Of a DNA stretch of 64,000 bases, positions 37,801 to 51,100 are shown piece by piece. The stretch covers positions 36,709,743 to 36,773,742 of the forward strand of contig CM074515.1 in the NCBI GenBank assembly GCA_037379345.1, written 5' to 3'. The DNA is from Perna viridis (Eukaryota). The notes under the pieces were generated by a model that was not told the DNA's origin, searched no databases, and saw nothing but the letters and a program-made list of their open reading frames with translations. A program made the position numbers and the translations under genes. The first letter of the stretch is position 1, and every line of letters starts with the position of its first letter.

Positions 37801-40800
37801 AAGTATCTAGAAACAGTGAGAAGGAATCGACTTTGTGAGACCCCTTTATTAAATTGAGTGAAAACTTGACGGTAACCATATGCAAAATTTGAATTTCCTC
37901 TTATGAATGGTAAAAATGTGACACACAAATCTGACCATGAGGCAAAGTTCACAGGCCATGGTACTTAATATATGGTTTGGACGTGGTCTTCACATAAGCC
38001 TGCCAATTACCAAAAGCCTAAAAAAAGGTTAAAGTGGGACATTATTTGATACCGGAACACAAAAAAGTAAAAACACAAAATTTGACTGCACAATCAAAGG
38101 TCACAAACTGGGTGCACAACACATTGCCTTGAGGTGCCCAAATATCAAAAGCACATCTTCAAAAACAAAAACAATATGGCCCAAGCACCATTTGGTACAG
38201 ACAGACGGAACACACATACCATAGGACAGGGCCTAAACAATGCATTGAAAGCATTCATTATATCGCTATAAAAAATTAAGACATTACAAGTGAACTTTAC
38301 ACAAATACATTTGGTGCTCAGATTAAAAAAAATGTAGTTTCTTCTAATCTTGGACTGAATTTCATCTTCCTTGGTCAATAGGCTTGAAACAGCATTTATC
38401 TTTTTTGCTATTGCCAGCTTTCATTCAACTTGTATACACAACATACTAGTACTGTAAATGTATATTCTACTGACAATCTATGCATGTCATTTTAGCTCTG
38501 TCTATAGAAAATAAATTAATTACCATAACACAGTTGGGTTTTCCAACAGCCCATAGATTGACTTTTCTGTCTTCTCCTCCAGTCACCAGAACTCTCCCAG
38601 ACTTTTCTCCCAATGCCAGACAGTTTACACTGGCACTGTGGGCTACAAATTCCTCTGGAAAAGTAAGTAATTGTACATGATGTACCTTTGTTTTCATACA
38701 ACTGGAAATGATCTAAATAATGCAATTAACTTCAAAAGTCATACAAAACGACATGGAAAGTGCATGTAAAAGCATAAATATGGTTAGTAAATATCACAAA
38801 TAACTGCAATAAAAAGGTACAATGTATATGTGTATTTTTTTTAAAAAGTTTTGTTTGTTGTTGTAAAATCTTCCATGTTTAATAAAGACAAATGCATTTT
38901 TTGTAATTATACTGAAAATCTACTGAATACTGTTAGGAAAAACTTACAACCTTTTTCATACATGTATATTTTTATAATTAATACATATACATATGTGTGA
39001 AACTACGTTTATCTTTAAAAACTGTAAGTAACCCACACAAGAATACCTAAATTACTTTACAAGATGCCAGTTGGTGAGCTTCAATTCAACTGATGTCAAA
39101 ATTTATATGGTTAAAAAATATCTTCATCAAGTTCATGATTTGTTCTTGTAAGCTTATTGTCACACATTATTAGAAACATGTTTTAATGATTCAAGATAGA
39201 TAATTCATAATTCACTAGCAACGTATGTTCCTTTGAAATCATTGGATATTATAATATATATGTGAATTGGACAAATGGACTGCACAGGTGAATGGACATA
39301 GGGCATACAGATTCAGAGCATTACTAGGAATGAACCCAATACCTAAATTTTGTGGTGAATGGGCATATTCAAACTTGTGGGTAGTCACTGAGGAAAATTA
39401 TGTATTTTCCAATTGATGAATTTCACATTCATCATTTACATTAAATCAGTTGGTTAACAGTTTTACCCTAGAAAATAGAACTACATTGTATGTACTTTAA
39501 AGACAAAAAGTAAATGAAATGCTTCTATAATGATACAGGGCCTAATCTAGAGGGAGAAATGAGCAAAAAGTTCTCCTTGTTTGTGCTCATTTCTCCCATT
39601 TGTCTTTGACAGGGAGAAATTTTGTACATGTAATAGATTACATAGACAAAAATGTCAATATTGTCATTTTTAAAACAGAATTTACTTCAGCTTTTCACTG
39701 ATGTCCTGATTAAGCCTAAATGATATAATAATAAGTTCTTTGTTAAAATCAAATTCACATTTCTGCTCCCTTGAGTCTCATTGTAATGCTCCCAATCTTA
39801 CAAAACCACATTGACCTCAATACAAATAAAGAACTTTTTCAGAACCTAAGTGAAAGTAATCTATTGTTTTCATCCTGAACTGTCCTTAAACTCAATGATT
39901 AATGATGTCCCAATGTAAATTTACATTGCTTCTCGGAGATCAAAACATCATTCAGAGAAAGAATCTTACGTTGTTCCAGGCAAAATGTCAACTCAGTATT
40001 GTGGCAAAAATGTAAGTGATTGAGCACGACTTATGATCTATTGGCATGTGGAGTTGTGTTGCATGCACATGAACCTACCGGCGGTTGTTCAACTCTACCA
40101 GAATTAGAACCTTTCTACCGTTCTACCATTGAAACAGAAAATCTACCACTATCTGAACATTTTACCATATTAAAACAAAATTTGGACACCATTTCTTTTA
40201 TTTACAAAAGGAAAAAACCTGAGAGGATCAAAAAACGACATTTCAGGTTGATCTCAGGTAGACAGGTGAACATGTTAATTAGGGTCATAAACAGCAATTT
40301 AGAGTTTTAGTGGTTATCAATGTGATAATAATTAAAAGGTGTGATGATTATATAACAACAGGAGATGATTGACCATCATACCAAGTTTTAGTGGCACACG
40401 CTGAAATGATTAAACGATTTATTACCGACAATTAATGGGATTCATTGTGTAAATATTGATGCAGGACTTTAGATCTTTTGATGGTTATGGAAGCATTGAC
40501 CATACATCCACTGAAAATGAAACTGACTCAAAGTATGGCTTGTTTTTTATGCAAGTCAATGGACGAATTATGTGAATTTTTTCAATTTAGAGCACTCTCA
40601 TCAACTGTTAAAATGCCGAAATGTAATATTTCATCTTCAGCAAAGTATTATTCCCAATTCAATGCTGCATAGAAGTCAAAGTGGTGCCAAGCCAGTAATA
40701 ACTATTTGAAATGAAATCATTTTGATGCATATATAGAATTCTTGTCATAATTTCACTTGTTTAATATGGCACCTAGTTAAAATGGCACTTGGTCAAAATG

Positions 40801-42140
40801 GCACCAGTACATAGTTAAAATGGCACCCATCATAAATGTATGTTTAATCATTTCATAATAAAAATATTTTAAATGAATTATTTATAAAAATGGGAAAATA
40901 AATAATGCAATAAAAATACTTAGTGAAATTAAATGAAATACCCCCAAAAAAATAAAATGTGAAATTTATCACAAATAAAAACTATATTAAAATTCAGAAG
41001 TAAATATCACATATATTACTTTGTAAATAATCTTATAAAACATAAATTTTACAAAAGTAATGTGGATATCAGAACATACCAAGATGGTAATTGAAGTAGT
41101 GAAATAATCTAATTAAATAATTATAATACCTGTATCACCTATTAAATAAACCAAACCATAAATTATAGGTAATTAGCAAAGCCATGAACCATAATCCAAT
41201 TCCCAAACTAATTTACTTCCAAATTAAACTTTAGGTCAATCTAATCACTCTCTCAAGTTAAGCCTTTGATCAGTCTAATCATTTTCACAAATTAAATTTT
41301 AATTAGAATGATTAGGCATAATCATCATATAATTATATTTCAGCAGGAACATCAATTAATTTAAAAATACATTTTACAAAAAATACTATAATAAACCAAG
41401 TGCCATTTTATAGAAAATAAGTGCCATTTTGACTACATGAGGTGCCATTTGAACCAGATGCCATTTTAACTATTTACATAGGTACCATTTTGACCAAGTG
41501 CCATTTTAACTAGCACCCCATATTTATACAAAAGTAGTTACTGTAGTGACAACTTTTAAATGAAAATTATTTAATTAATAGTAGATATATAGTAATGATG
41601 ACACTCTTAAATTTAAAGTTATTTATGTTTATGCTGTTCTTGTTATGAAGATATTGTCATTAATAAATAAAATCATTAAGATGTTCAAGTGTTAATCCAT
41701 CAAAACGGTCATTCCAACTATTCCAATGAGTGATCAACATTTTTTCTCATGGATACAGACTTAATGCAATGTTTTTCTATAAGTTTCACACATATTTGAC
41801 TTCTTACACTGCGAAAAAAAAAAGCTGATAAAAAACCTCCAGTTTACAAATAATGTCAGTGACTTTATCACATGTATGCCGGTGTTGAGAGACTCAGTAT
41901 TTCAGTGAGATTGGTGCAATAGGATTAATCATAACAGAAAAGTGATAATTTCACCCAAATTCTGCATCGAATGTGTACTATTGTACAATTATTATTTCCC
42001 TAAGGCGAACCAACCATTCATTTGTAAAAAATATTTTTTGGACTTAACTATAGTATACCTTCACGTTTTGTCTTACATTCGTAAAATATCGTGTTCTTGT
42101 GAAACTTACGTAGCTTCCATGCCCTCTTTGTATGTGACAT
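22830..42140 (-). CDS. KATNB1: Katanin p80 WD40 repeat-containing subunit B1
   Basis: Core exons 5'->3': 42110-42140, 38524-38654, 37580-37697, 36896-36996, 36465-36506, 35923-36006, 35517-35632, 34819-34890, 34325-34475, 33823-33876, 33483-33538, 32802-32858, 32335-32507, 27054-27175, 26238-26393, 25801-25877, 24527-24601, 23331-23447, 22830-22962 (1866 nt, 621 aa), plus optional linker exons. Protein: [16 protein letters not shown]..., [32 protein letters not shown], and con80 domain WNLDLC...[16 protein letters not shown]. Confidence 0.96.
23530..23790. repeat. Interspersed repeat; second copy at about 26430-26690
   Basis: Shared gaaagcaac.tt.tgatgtttct.atg..gttctc...ggtgaagtca core in two KATNB1 introns. 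Confidence 0.55.
25359..25759. mobile_element. TTAA-flanked MITE of about 400 bp (family shared with 44454-44840)
   Basis: TIR gtaccattctgtgtaagaatcaggcaa / ttgcccgattcttaaacagagaagcac with TTAA on both sides; internal 20-bp direct duplication at about 25570-25610. Confidence 0.8.
28235..28288 (-). CDS. KATNB1: Candidate 54-nt symmetric KATNB1 linker exon, (T)[17 protein letters not shown]
   Basis: aaaattttcag|CAAGTATA...TCCCGTG|gtaaaa; GC-richer than flanks, open in frame, phase 1-1. Confidence 0.6.
28450..28620. repeat. Three 36-bp tandem units followed by an inverted copy (small hairpin element with amplified arm)
   Basis: (tatataattgtgtaaggttttctatattggctgagt)x3, then ctaagccaatatggaaaaccatgtacaa, which is the reverse complement of the unit. 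Confidence 0.8.
29356..29403 (-). CDS. KATNB1: 48-nt symmetric KATNB1 linker exon, (x)[15 protein letters not shown]
   Basis: gttttgttttag|CACCAGAG...ACTACTA|gtaagt; in frame and similar to the 51-nt exon. Confidence 0.8.
30169..30418. mobile_element. Probable MITE next to the donor of the 51-nt exon
   Basis: Inverted ends agggacagagttatc / gatgacactctgtccct. Confidence 0.45.
30429..30479 (-). CDS. KATNB1: 51-nt symmetric KATNB1 linker exon, (A)[16 protein letters not shown]
   Basis: aatttcag|CACCCAGT...AAAACCA|gtaagt; in frame, phase 1-1. Confidence 0.8.
31346..31378 (-). CDS. KATNB1: Candidate 33-nt symmetric (phase 1-1) mini-exon of KATNB1, [11 protein letters not shown]
   Basis: tttatgtttactgattag|GTCTTACA...ATATCTA|gtaagtcatgcatg; open in frame, with UGCAUG 8 nt into the downstream intron. 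Confidence 0.55.
40759..41513. mobile_element. Foldback-like element with modular inverted arms
   Basis: Left arm repeats of aaaatggcac (40759-40828) are mirrored by gtgccatttt repeats (41399-41513). ctagttaaaatggcacttggtcaaaatgg is exactly inverted at the right end. Very AT-rich core. Confidence 0.75.
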
Positions 42141-42395
42141 TTTCAAGTTATTTTCTTTTGTTTACTTAAAATAATAGGGTTATGTCTGAAAAATTGCTTT
42201 TAACATCAAAGAAAAGGAGATATCCATGACTGTAAGAAGAAATATGGCAATCGTTAATAAGGCGAGTAAGAACAAAGATTTTGATTGGATGATACAGCCA
42301 CCGGAAACAGAAAAACAACAAATTAAAATCCGTGGTTCTCAAGTGTACTCATACTTTACGCATGTGAAGTGAAAGTAGATTTTATAAAGTAAACA
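42141..42395. promoter_or_regulatory. Putative bidirectional promoter KATNB1 / C8orf82-like
   Basis: Divergent ATGs are only 255 nt apart. Contains gattgg (reverse CCAAT, about 42283), ccggaa (ETS-like, 42301) and local CpGs. Confidence 0.6.
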
Positions 42396-45300
42396 ATGAA
42401 ATTGTTCCAATTATTTAAATCTTCAACTGTAACAAACATTTTGTCAGTAAGATATGTCAGTTACATCCAAGGACAGTCACCAGAACCGAAAATAAGGGAA
42501 TATTTTTACTACATCGACCATCATGGACAGGTAACGACAAAATCTCCAAATCCAACCTGGATGCTCCTACTTTCACTTTCACCAGAATAAACCAAAAGAC
42601 TTGACTAGTGTCAGTGTTAGGTTATTGTCATTGATAGGGACAAACACAATTTTAACATAACACTACACATGAAAATTGAGAATAACATTCATATTACTCA
42701 CTGTTGTACATATTTCATAACCCATCTGAGGGTTCAGTCTTCAATCCTCAATCTCTGGCCTATGCCTATGGTACAAACAAACACAAGCCAACAAGGTACT
42801 AAATCCACACAAGGTACTTTTAACAACTGATAGTAATTTTCTTGCAGTACTTTTATGACTGGTTGTACCTGCATTGAGATTAATTTTTAAGATAATTCAT
42901 TATTGCTTATTCCAAATCCCCTGACTGGTGGCAACCTTCAATAGGAGAGTTCTTGGTGATGTAATCACTTACCTATGATTTGGTTTTGGTTGGCAAAAAA
43001 TACATTGAGTGGCATGGGGCATAAACTTTAAATCATAATAACTTTTTCTTTTTTTTAAGAAAATTTAAAAATTCTTTTGGTTCCCTTCACTGCCAATAAA
43101 GCTCTTTTTATCCATGGAATTTTTAAATAAATATTCAGTAATTAGACTATATGAGCATATCACTTTGATGTTTATTCCAGTTTCCTTCTCCATTTCCATT
43201 GCCTGTATAAGAGTTTTTCCCAAAGATGTTAGGATTAGGTCTTGGTGCTTTCTTCCTTGACACTGTAATGGCTGTTGTTTTACAGGTTCCCTTGTAGCTT
43301 TTGACTGGATTTTAGCTACTTCTGCTATTGCCTTCTCTTCAATCCATAGATCTATTTGAATAACTCCTGCTTCAATTTCCATTGCTATTGATCTGCCATT
43401 GATGGGATATTCAAGTACAAAATAAGTGCTTTCCTCTGTATTCTATCCAAACCCAGGAGGTTTCCTGGGGGTGTGAGTTGTCAAGTAATACTGGTACAAC
43501 CATATTCTGCTATTGATCTTACTATGCTATAGTGCAGTTGTATCATTTTTTGCATTCCAATCTTGCTGACTTGTCTAATGTCTCTCAGTACACTCAGGTT
43601 TCTGTTTGGGTCTTTTTTTCAGTGTATTCAATATGAGATCTAAATGTCATTTTCTCATCAAGAATTGCTCCAAGGAGTTTTGGTTTTGGGTTGTACTTGA
43701 GTTGGTGTCCCATTATCTCTTCATTATGATTGTCAATTTTTCTCTTTGAGAACAAACATATTTCAGTCTTTTCCAGGTTGATGTCCATCCTCCATTTAAG
43801 TATCCATTCTATTGCTTTGTTGATGTCATTGGCCATATCCTCTTTTATTCCTGTAAGTTTTCTAGTTTTCCAGAGTGCCATATAGTGCCATTGTCTGCGA
43901 ATTTGGTGCAGTCTCCCTTGATGTCCTGAAGTAGATTGCTGATATATAGATTGAACAGTGTAGGGGCCAGAATTAAAACCTGTGGAAGCCTCATTTTAGT
44001 CCCAGAAGGTGGTCTTTTGTGAAAGCTACAATTTGCTGATCTGTTGGTTAGAAATGCCTTGATCCACTTCCATATATGTATATATGGAATGGATTTCATA
44101 TACCGGTATATATTTATATTGTAAATTGGGCAAGCTTATAATTGTGTAGTTTGAAAGTTAATAAACATACACCATTTTTGCTTAGTTAGTATTCCATACA
44201 GAAAGGTCACTGGCATATCCAAAAGAAGGACTCCGGGTGTTAGAACCCTAAAAAAATGAGCAAATTATAGCCTGAACCCCCTTTAAAATTTCTGGATCTG
44301 CCTCTGTATTGTAGATTCAGTTGGTATAAAATTTACAATTTACAATTTTAGTGCATTCTTTCGAACTTTTATATACTCTCTTTTGCAGCTGTTTCTTGAT
44401 GATGCCAGAATGAAAAACTTTACCTCTTGCTTTAAAGGTAAAAAACTTTTTAAGTACTTCTCTGTCTAAGAATCAGGCAAAATATGTATAAGGTGTGGCA
44501 CATAAAGGAAAAAAACACAGAAATTTTATTGCATTAACCAAGTATTTATACCCCAAAACCTCCAGAAATAACCATCAAAGTGTTAGTAAAATTTGCCTTT
44601 TTAAGATATTGATAGGTCAAATTTAGTTGAAATACACTAAGGAAAAATGGTGTGAAAATTTGTCTGCACTTTTTCCTTATATAAGAAGTAAAAAAAATAT
44701 CTACGTCACAGATGCTTCAGGTTGAATTTAAATAGCTTTTCAGATATTTTCTTGATGTATTGAATATATTTGATGCAAAAATGACCAAATTGAGAAATAT
44801 GATGTGTCACCCATTGCCCGATTCTTACACAGAATGGTACTTATATTGTTGTTTAAAAGAACAACTACATCTTTTTATATAAGTTACAGTACCTGAACCG
44901 ATCCGTGCAACAAAAATTGCGATTGGTCATTGATCACCGATCAGTTTCCGGTCAGCCATCGATCGGTCAATCCGATCCATTTAACTGGTGATCGCATCAC
45001 GTGACCCCATAGCAGTCAATGTATATTTTACTGTTTTTGTTGTTTTCTATATTAATTTTACACATATTTAAATAATGTAATAGATATAAACATCAACTTA
45101 TACTTTTATTTTACATTTCTTTACTTTAAAACAGATCTTACGTTATTTTACATAACAAAACTGCGATCAGATGGGTCAACGGTCATCGGTCATCAATCCA
45201 TCAGCAATCAATCAGTCAACAGTCATCGATCGGTCAAATTGTTGAGTGGATCGGTTCAAGGACTGTAGACATTGTGGAAAAGACAAATAGGTTATTGCTC

Positions 45301-46621
45301 TAATGTGCCTGAATTCATCACAACTTCAGCTTCTTCTACATCCAGTACCAAGATTAAATAGTTAAAAAAAAAAAACAGAAATATAAATTTAATGAAAATG
45401 GAGATAATATGAAATGTCAAAAAAAGTTAAATTTCCATTACAATAACAATATTATTAATTGAATTATTGTCTCATAGCTAGTAAATCAAAACATATGCAA
45501 TGTCTTCAAATTTGAAATAATATGGAAACATTTTGTACATGTACACCAGCATTTTCATGAAGAAAGTATGAATCATTGATCCTATTATGAATCCACTAGC
45601 CACACAGATACATGTTTCATAGGCCAAGAAAAAAATACCTGTGTTTTTGCTAACATGCTTCAAAATCTAGGGTTGGTAGGAAGGGAAGGTGATACTTTTT
45701 ATTTTTTCAAAAGTTTTTGACTGGTTTGTTCTGAAGACTCATTCAGACTTTAATAGTGCTTGTTAAAAATGACAATATGACACAAGGGTAGGCAAAAAAA
45801 AATTAGGGTTGATAGGGTTAGTGTTAACAAAAGTAGTTTTTTTTTAGGTTTTTTATTGTTGAGATAAGTTAGGTCTTAGGTATTGCTGATCTTCCATATG
45901 GAACTTCAACTGAACTGGCAAGAAAATCAGGCTTTATAGACCTTCTAGTTTTAAGTCCACTTTGATAAATCAACATTAGTAATGCTTTAAGTATTCAGCA
46001 GAGCTTTCAGTTGCTTATTTAATTTTGAGTGGATGTGTATGTTATTTTGGTTATTTCATGTTTTTTGCTGTTATCCATTGATTTCTATTGCAGTCAAAGA
46101 CTGCATTGACTTACTAGGTCAGGATCACTTTTTCACTTGATTTCATCATTATTTCTTTTGTAGAAAAAGACTTTTTGGTATTTTTCTTTAAAAGACTCCG
46201 AATGAACAATACCAACAGATATAGAGAGGATTTCCCATTTTTATCACTCTGTGGCAGGGAAAGAAATTTTGTGCGGTGTGATGATAAACCTATTGTGTAT
46301 ACCCATATTATTCCTTCTAATAGTGATACTGAATTAGACAAACTTTCTTATGGAGGGGCTGGACCTGCTATGACAATAGAATTTGAACCTGAAAAAATCT
46401 GCATGTTACCACATTCAGGAAGAGTTTATTATCCTGCCTTTGAAAAACTTGGAGGAATTGGTCTAATCAAATCTAGTTTAGCAATAGAACTGAGTAAAAA
46501 TTTTGAATTTGGAAACAATGATGAAAATCCACCCACACATTTCAACTGGAAAAATAAACATTATAATCTTACTAATGAACTGATAAAGTTGATGGGGCAA
46601 TATTCTCTGGAAGTTGATTAA
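42396..46621 (+). CDS. C8orf82: UPF0598 protein C8orf82 homologue
   Basis: Exons 42396-42530, 44389-44437, 46164-46621 (642 nt, 213 aa). Sequence VSYIQGQSPEPKIREYFYYIDHHGQ|LFLDDARMKNFTSCFK|...FPFLSLCGRERNFVRCDDKP...GRVYYPA. Basic/hydroxylated N-terminus resembles a mitochondrial presequence. ATTAAA at 46666. Confidence 0.92.
43170..44100 (-). mobile_element. Decayed non-LTR retrotransposon RT fragment in C8orf82 intron 1
   Basis: WIKAFLTNR, LPQVLILAPTLFNLYI (degenerate PQG motif), KFADNG (degenerate FADD), WRMDINLEKTEICLF, KLLGAILDEKMTFRSHIE; multiple frameshifts. Confidence 0.85.
44454..44840. mobile_element. Second copy of the TTAA-flanked MITE (inverted relative to 25359-25759)
   Basis: ttaa|gtacttctctgtctaagaatcaggcaa ... 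ttgcccgattcttacacagaatggtac|ttat; interior aligns with the reverse complement of copy 1. Confidence 0.8.
44887..45265. mobile_element. Tc1/mariner-type MITE
   Basis: TA TSD; 18-bp TIR cagtacctgaaccgatcc / ggatcggttcaaggactg; CGATC/GGTCA-rich subterminal repeats. Confidence 0.8.
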
Positions 46622-46749
46622 TTGTCAATGTAACTGTTAAATCATTGTTGAGAAATGTATACATATTAAACTTTAAATCTGTCATCTAATTTTATTCTGT
46701 CATAAAAATATAGAAAAAATGGTAATGAGAGTATTGTACATAGCAAGAC

Positions 46750-47374
46750 TAATCAAGGGAACCACGGTTATAGCAGTAATCAAAAGAATTTAATCCAGGG
46801 ACAAAGACCAGACATGGAAAACAGACATACACAACAAAGAACATAAAGTCACTAAAATTAATCATACATACAAAGTAACAAAAGCTAATGAGCAGCTGGG
46901 AGCATGGACCAGGTGCACCAGTAGGGTAAGCATGCTCTGCTTTTCTAGAAACACCCCCCGAGTTGCTTATAAAGAGTCAAGTAGGGGGTAGACAAACGAG
47001 GAAAGGAAAACTATGACCGGTTGAATAAATCAGTTTTCATGGTGCAGATGGATACACCATAACAATCCACAAGTTCATGATGATGATGGTCATAGTTTTC
47101 CTTTCCTCGTTTGTCTACCCTGGACTTGACTTTTAATGGAAAACTCGGCAGGTGTTTCTAGAAAAGCATAGGACACTTACCCTACCATTGCACTTGGTCC
47201 ATACTCCCAGTTTTTAGTGGAGTCCGAGTTGCTAATTTGCTTTTGTTACTTTGTATGTATGGTTTTAGTTACTTTATGTTCTTTGGTGTGTATGTCTGTT
47301 TTCCATATCTGGTCTTTGTCCCTGGATTACATTCTTTTGATTGCCGCTATAACCTTGGTTCCCTTGATTACTCT
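46750..47374. mobile_element. Head-to-head inverted pair of Penelope-like 3' ends
   Basis: 46750-47085 is the reverse complement of the repeat block (including the HHEL...MKTDLFN C-terminal codons); 47088-47374 is the forward copy. Confidence 0.85.
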
Positions 47375-48186
47375 TTCTATTTAAATTTGTCCATAAATGT
47401 AGTTAATTGTTCTCTCTGCATTGTAATGTATATTGCTTGAACTTAAAGGTGTAATTTTGCAATTAAGATTTATAGGTGCAACCTATCTAGGTACACTCGC
47501 ATACTATTTATTAGCTATACATCTGAATAGCATTTTAGGATTTATTAATTGATAGATTGATTGTGGTTTAACTTTCTGTGGCAAAAATTAAATGCAATCG
47601 AGGAGAACCTTTGACCAGTGTAAGAGACCCTGCTTATTAGAAAGCACATTTAGAAATTATAATTTTTTTATGTAATATTGTTATGAATTATTTAAGTTGA
47701 ACCAAACATGATTTGTATTAGAAGTATTAAACCATCACTAACATTCAAAAATATCACAATTTTTGGAAGTTGGAAGCCTTAAGAAAAAAGTGATGAATTT
47801 GTTATATTTTCAGGAAATTAACTGAGTCCAAAGCTGGTAGTTTTAAAGCTTATCGAAGTGTAAACAAATGTAACTCAATCTATAACCCAATAAGATACAA
47901 TCACATACCAAAAAAGCATTTTACCTATGTCCCTCTAAAGAAAGTGGTACTCAAAAGTTTTATGTGAAAACTAATCCAAGCTTTTATATTTACCAACACT
48001 TCATCCAAGTTTGAAGAAAACTGGACAAATTGTAAGGCCGTATCTACTCACAAGTCATGACAGGCAAATAGACTGACAGCCATACAGATTGATGGAACAA
48101 AAACTTTATAACCCATAAACTATTGCAAGGCATTGAAATTTATTTTCTGGCATTAAGTATTATAAACAAAGTTTATAGTTTAATCA

Positions 48187-51100
48187 CTATTTATTTTTCT
48201 TCAAAATAATTTTCTCATTTGGCTGATAACTTTGAAGTATTACAGACATGATCCAAATATTTGTTGCAAAAAATAAAATCCCTGCTATCCAAATGTACAG
48301 AAAGGTAGATTGTGCTTCAAATTCCAGATAGTAGGCGAATAATAACCATATACCCTGCAAATAAATACATAAAAATCATCATATATTACTGAATAAAATT
48401 TTTTTTTTTTCAAATGAAGTGAAAAAAAAAACTGCCTTTTTGTACATGGCTAACTTGATTGTTTGTCATATTTTTTCCACATTAATTGTAATTTTTATGA
48501 AGGTTATCAAAATGTATTTGAAAAGATGACCATCAATTGTACACTTAAATAAAATGAAAATTACACACAGATAAAAAACATAATTCTGAGTAACAATAAC
48601 ACTCTAAAGATGACTTCCAATTTCATATAAAACAGTTTAAGAACAAAAAAATATGTTGTTATAGAGAGTACTTCAATTTTCATTAGCAATTGATATTATT
48701 GGAAAATTAAGATTTCCTGAAAAATGAAAATGAAAAGATTTTAGAAAGTACTAAAAGAGATGATTTAGAAAAGTATACAAATGTATGCAATGAAATTACT
48801 AACCTGACTAGCAATCCAACATAATACAGTTAAAATAGCTTTAGAGGCAGACATTTGTAGCTTTGGAATGATGACTGGTAACAGGCTAAGATACCATAAG
48901 AAATACTGGAATGTATAAATGGTCACATAGCTTAAGACATGAAAGATTACACTTTATATATACTTGACTACTTGAATAGCAATGATCTGTATGTATTTCT
49001 AGAAAAATTGTACTTGTACATGTGTATTACAGTACTAGGAAATTCATGTCATAAACACACCTTATGTTAGATTTCAGATTATCCATAAAAAATTAATTAG
49101 TTCTCCAATAATTTTAAGTGTGTTGCTTTCATAGGAAATTATTTTGAAGAGGCATAACTCAATTTACATTTTAAATTATGCCAGTCTGAAATTGGTCTGT
49201 ACATTTATACTTAAGTACGCAAGTTTCAAATCAATATCATGGAAACTTTTCATGTATATCAGAAGGTAAACAAGTACAAGAAAATGTTCATCTTTTGGGT
49301 AATTAAAACATACATCAACAGAATATTCCTTGAAGGTGCAATCTCAAGCATTGTAAGTTAACTTACTTGTGAAGTACACACTTTGTTGAAAGTGACAAAA
49401 ACAAATGTATTTAGGAACCAACACAGTGCAGTGTCTTTTCTGTATTTAATTGAAAACACCAGTAAAAGTATCATCTGTGGTATGAATGAGAGGAGGCCAA
49501 TGATTGTTGGGTAGTCTGACAGTGCTGTCAGGTAGAGCATGTAGAAATATACAGAGAAATTGTGTCTAATGTCTCTCCTGGTTAAATGGTAAAAGTAAGT
49601 TTCATGGAGAAATTCCCAACCATACCTTGAAAGAGAAGGATACTAAATCAAGATGCATTTATGTAACTGCAAATTCATGTTAAAAAATATGTAAAGAAAA
49701 TGTGCAAAATGCTAAATATCCTAATAGATTATTTAACATTTCGCTTCAAAATTTTGAATATTCAATAATGGTCAATAGTTCACTGTCTGAACGCAAATCA
49801 TCGGAGCCACAAAGGCTGTTGTTCATCCCAAAATGAAATGTCAATATAAAGTTTTGAAATTACATGTACTGTACTTAAAATTGTGGAGTTATGCCACAAT
49901 ATTTACTATGCTGGTGTGTTCAAATCCTGAAATACTATCATAAACACATACATGTACAGGTATATCTATCAAATCATAATATTACATAGTTAGTAGATTT
50001 AAGAAATATGAAGTTTCAATTTTAAAAAGTATAGGCACATTTGTCATATGACATATATAAACAAGTTCACACACATGTATATTCAATATATAGGATAGTA
50101 TTATGGGTTTTAAATTAATTAGCTGAAAAAAAAATCTTTAGTTAAAGTAAACAATAAAAAACATGTTCTATTTCAAATATCTATTACAGATTTCCTAACA
50201 ATTTTACAAAACATTTACTAAAGGTCTGAAACTGTGGTCCACATTGACCACATACAAACTACCTTTTGTTCTTTGTTGTTTTTGTGCTTAACTCTCACTT
50301 GTGATCTCTAGGGTGTAATTTTGCAAAATAATAATGCTTAATACTTATCACACATACCAGTGATAAAACACTCCTGTCAGCAATGAGAAAACCAACCCTG
50401 CAACTACTGCAAATATCAACTTTTGTTTATTTGGCAACATGTCTTCAGGAAGACTGGCATGACTGTTATTTTTTTTGCTAGTAGGAACTCGTTTTAAATA
50501 CAAGTAAATCTGTAAAGCATAAACTGCAGGATAAATCTTCACATGAACTGACATGGCATACACCATAGCTGCCAATTTAAGTTTATTTTCCAGTAGAAAT
50601 ATCAATGATAGTAGCACAAGGGCTGACATAATGGATTCAGCATTTCCTCTGCTTGAGACAGTGGCAGGCATAGGATTTAGAAGCCACAAGGAAGAGCAGA
50701 TAACTGCTTCACGCTTCTTTACTCCTTGATTTATACATAATTTGTAAATGAAATAACCAGTCAATATGTCAAAGAAGACAAAAATGAGCTTTCCGAACAC
50801 CGGCGTCAATGTTACATTCGGTGTCAGAACCAAAGCTAATAAGGGTGTGTATCTGTATGTTGGTCTTAAGTATGGAGATTCTCCCTGAAAATATGTAAGA
50901 AAATACATTTACAAGATATGATAAGATAAATGAAAGACAAATTTTTATTAACATAAAAACTATTCATTTGCAATCTCTTTTTTTAAATCCTAGTTGCTGG
51001 AATCAATTGGTATTATGAGTTATCTCCCCTCTGAAAATGATAAAATATTGGATTAAGATTTTAAATAAATAAATAAACAAATGGTTATTATAGACAATAG

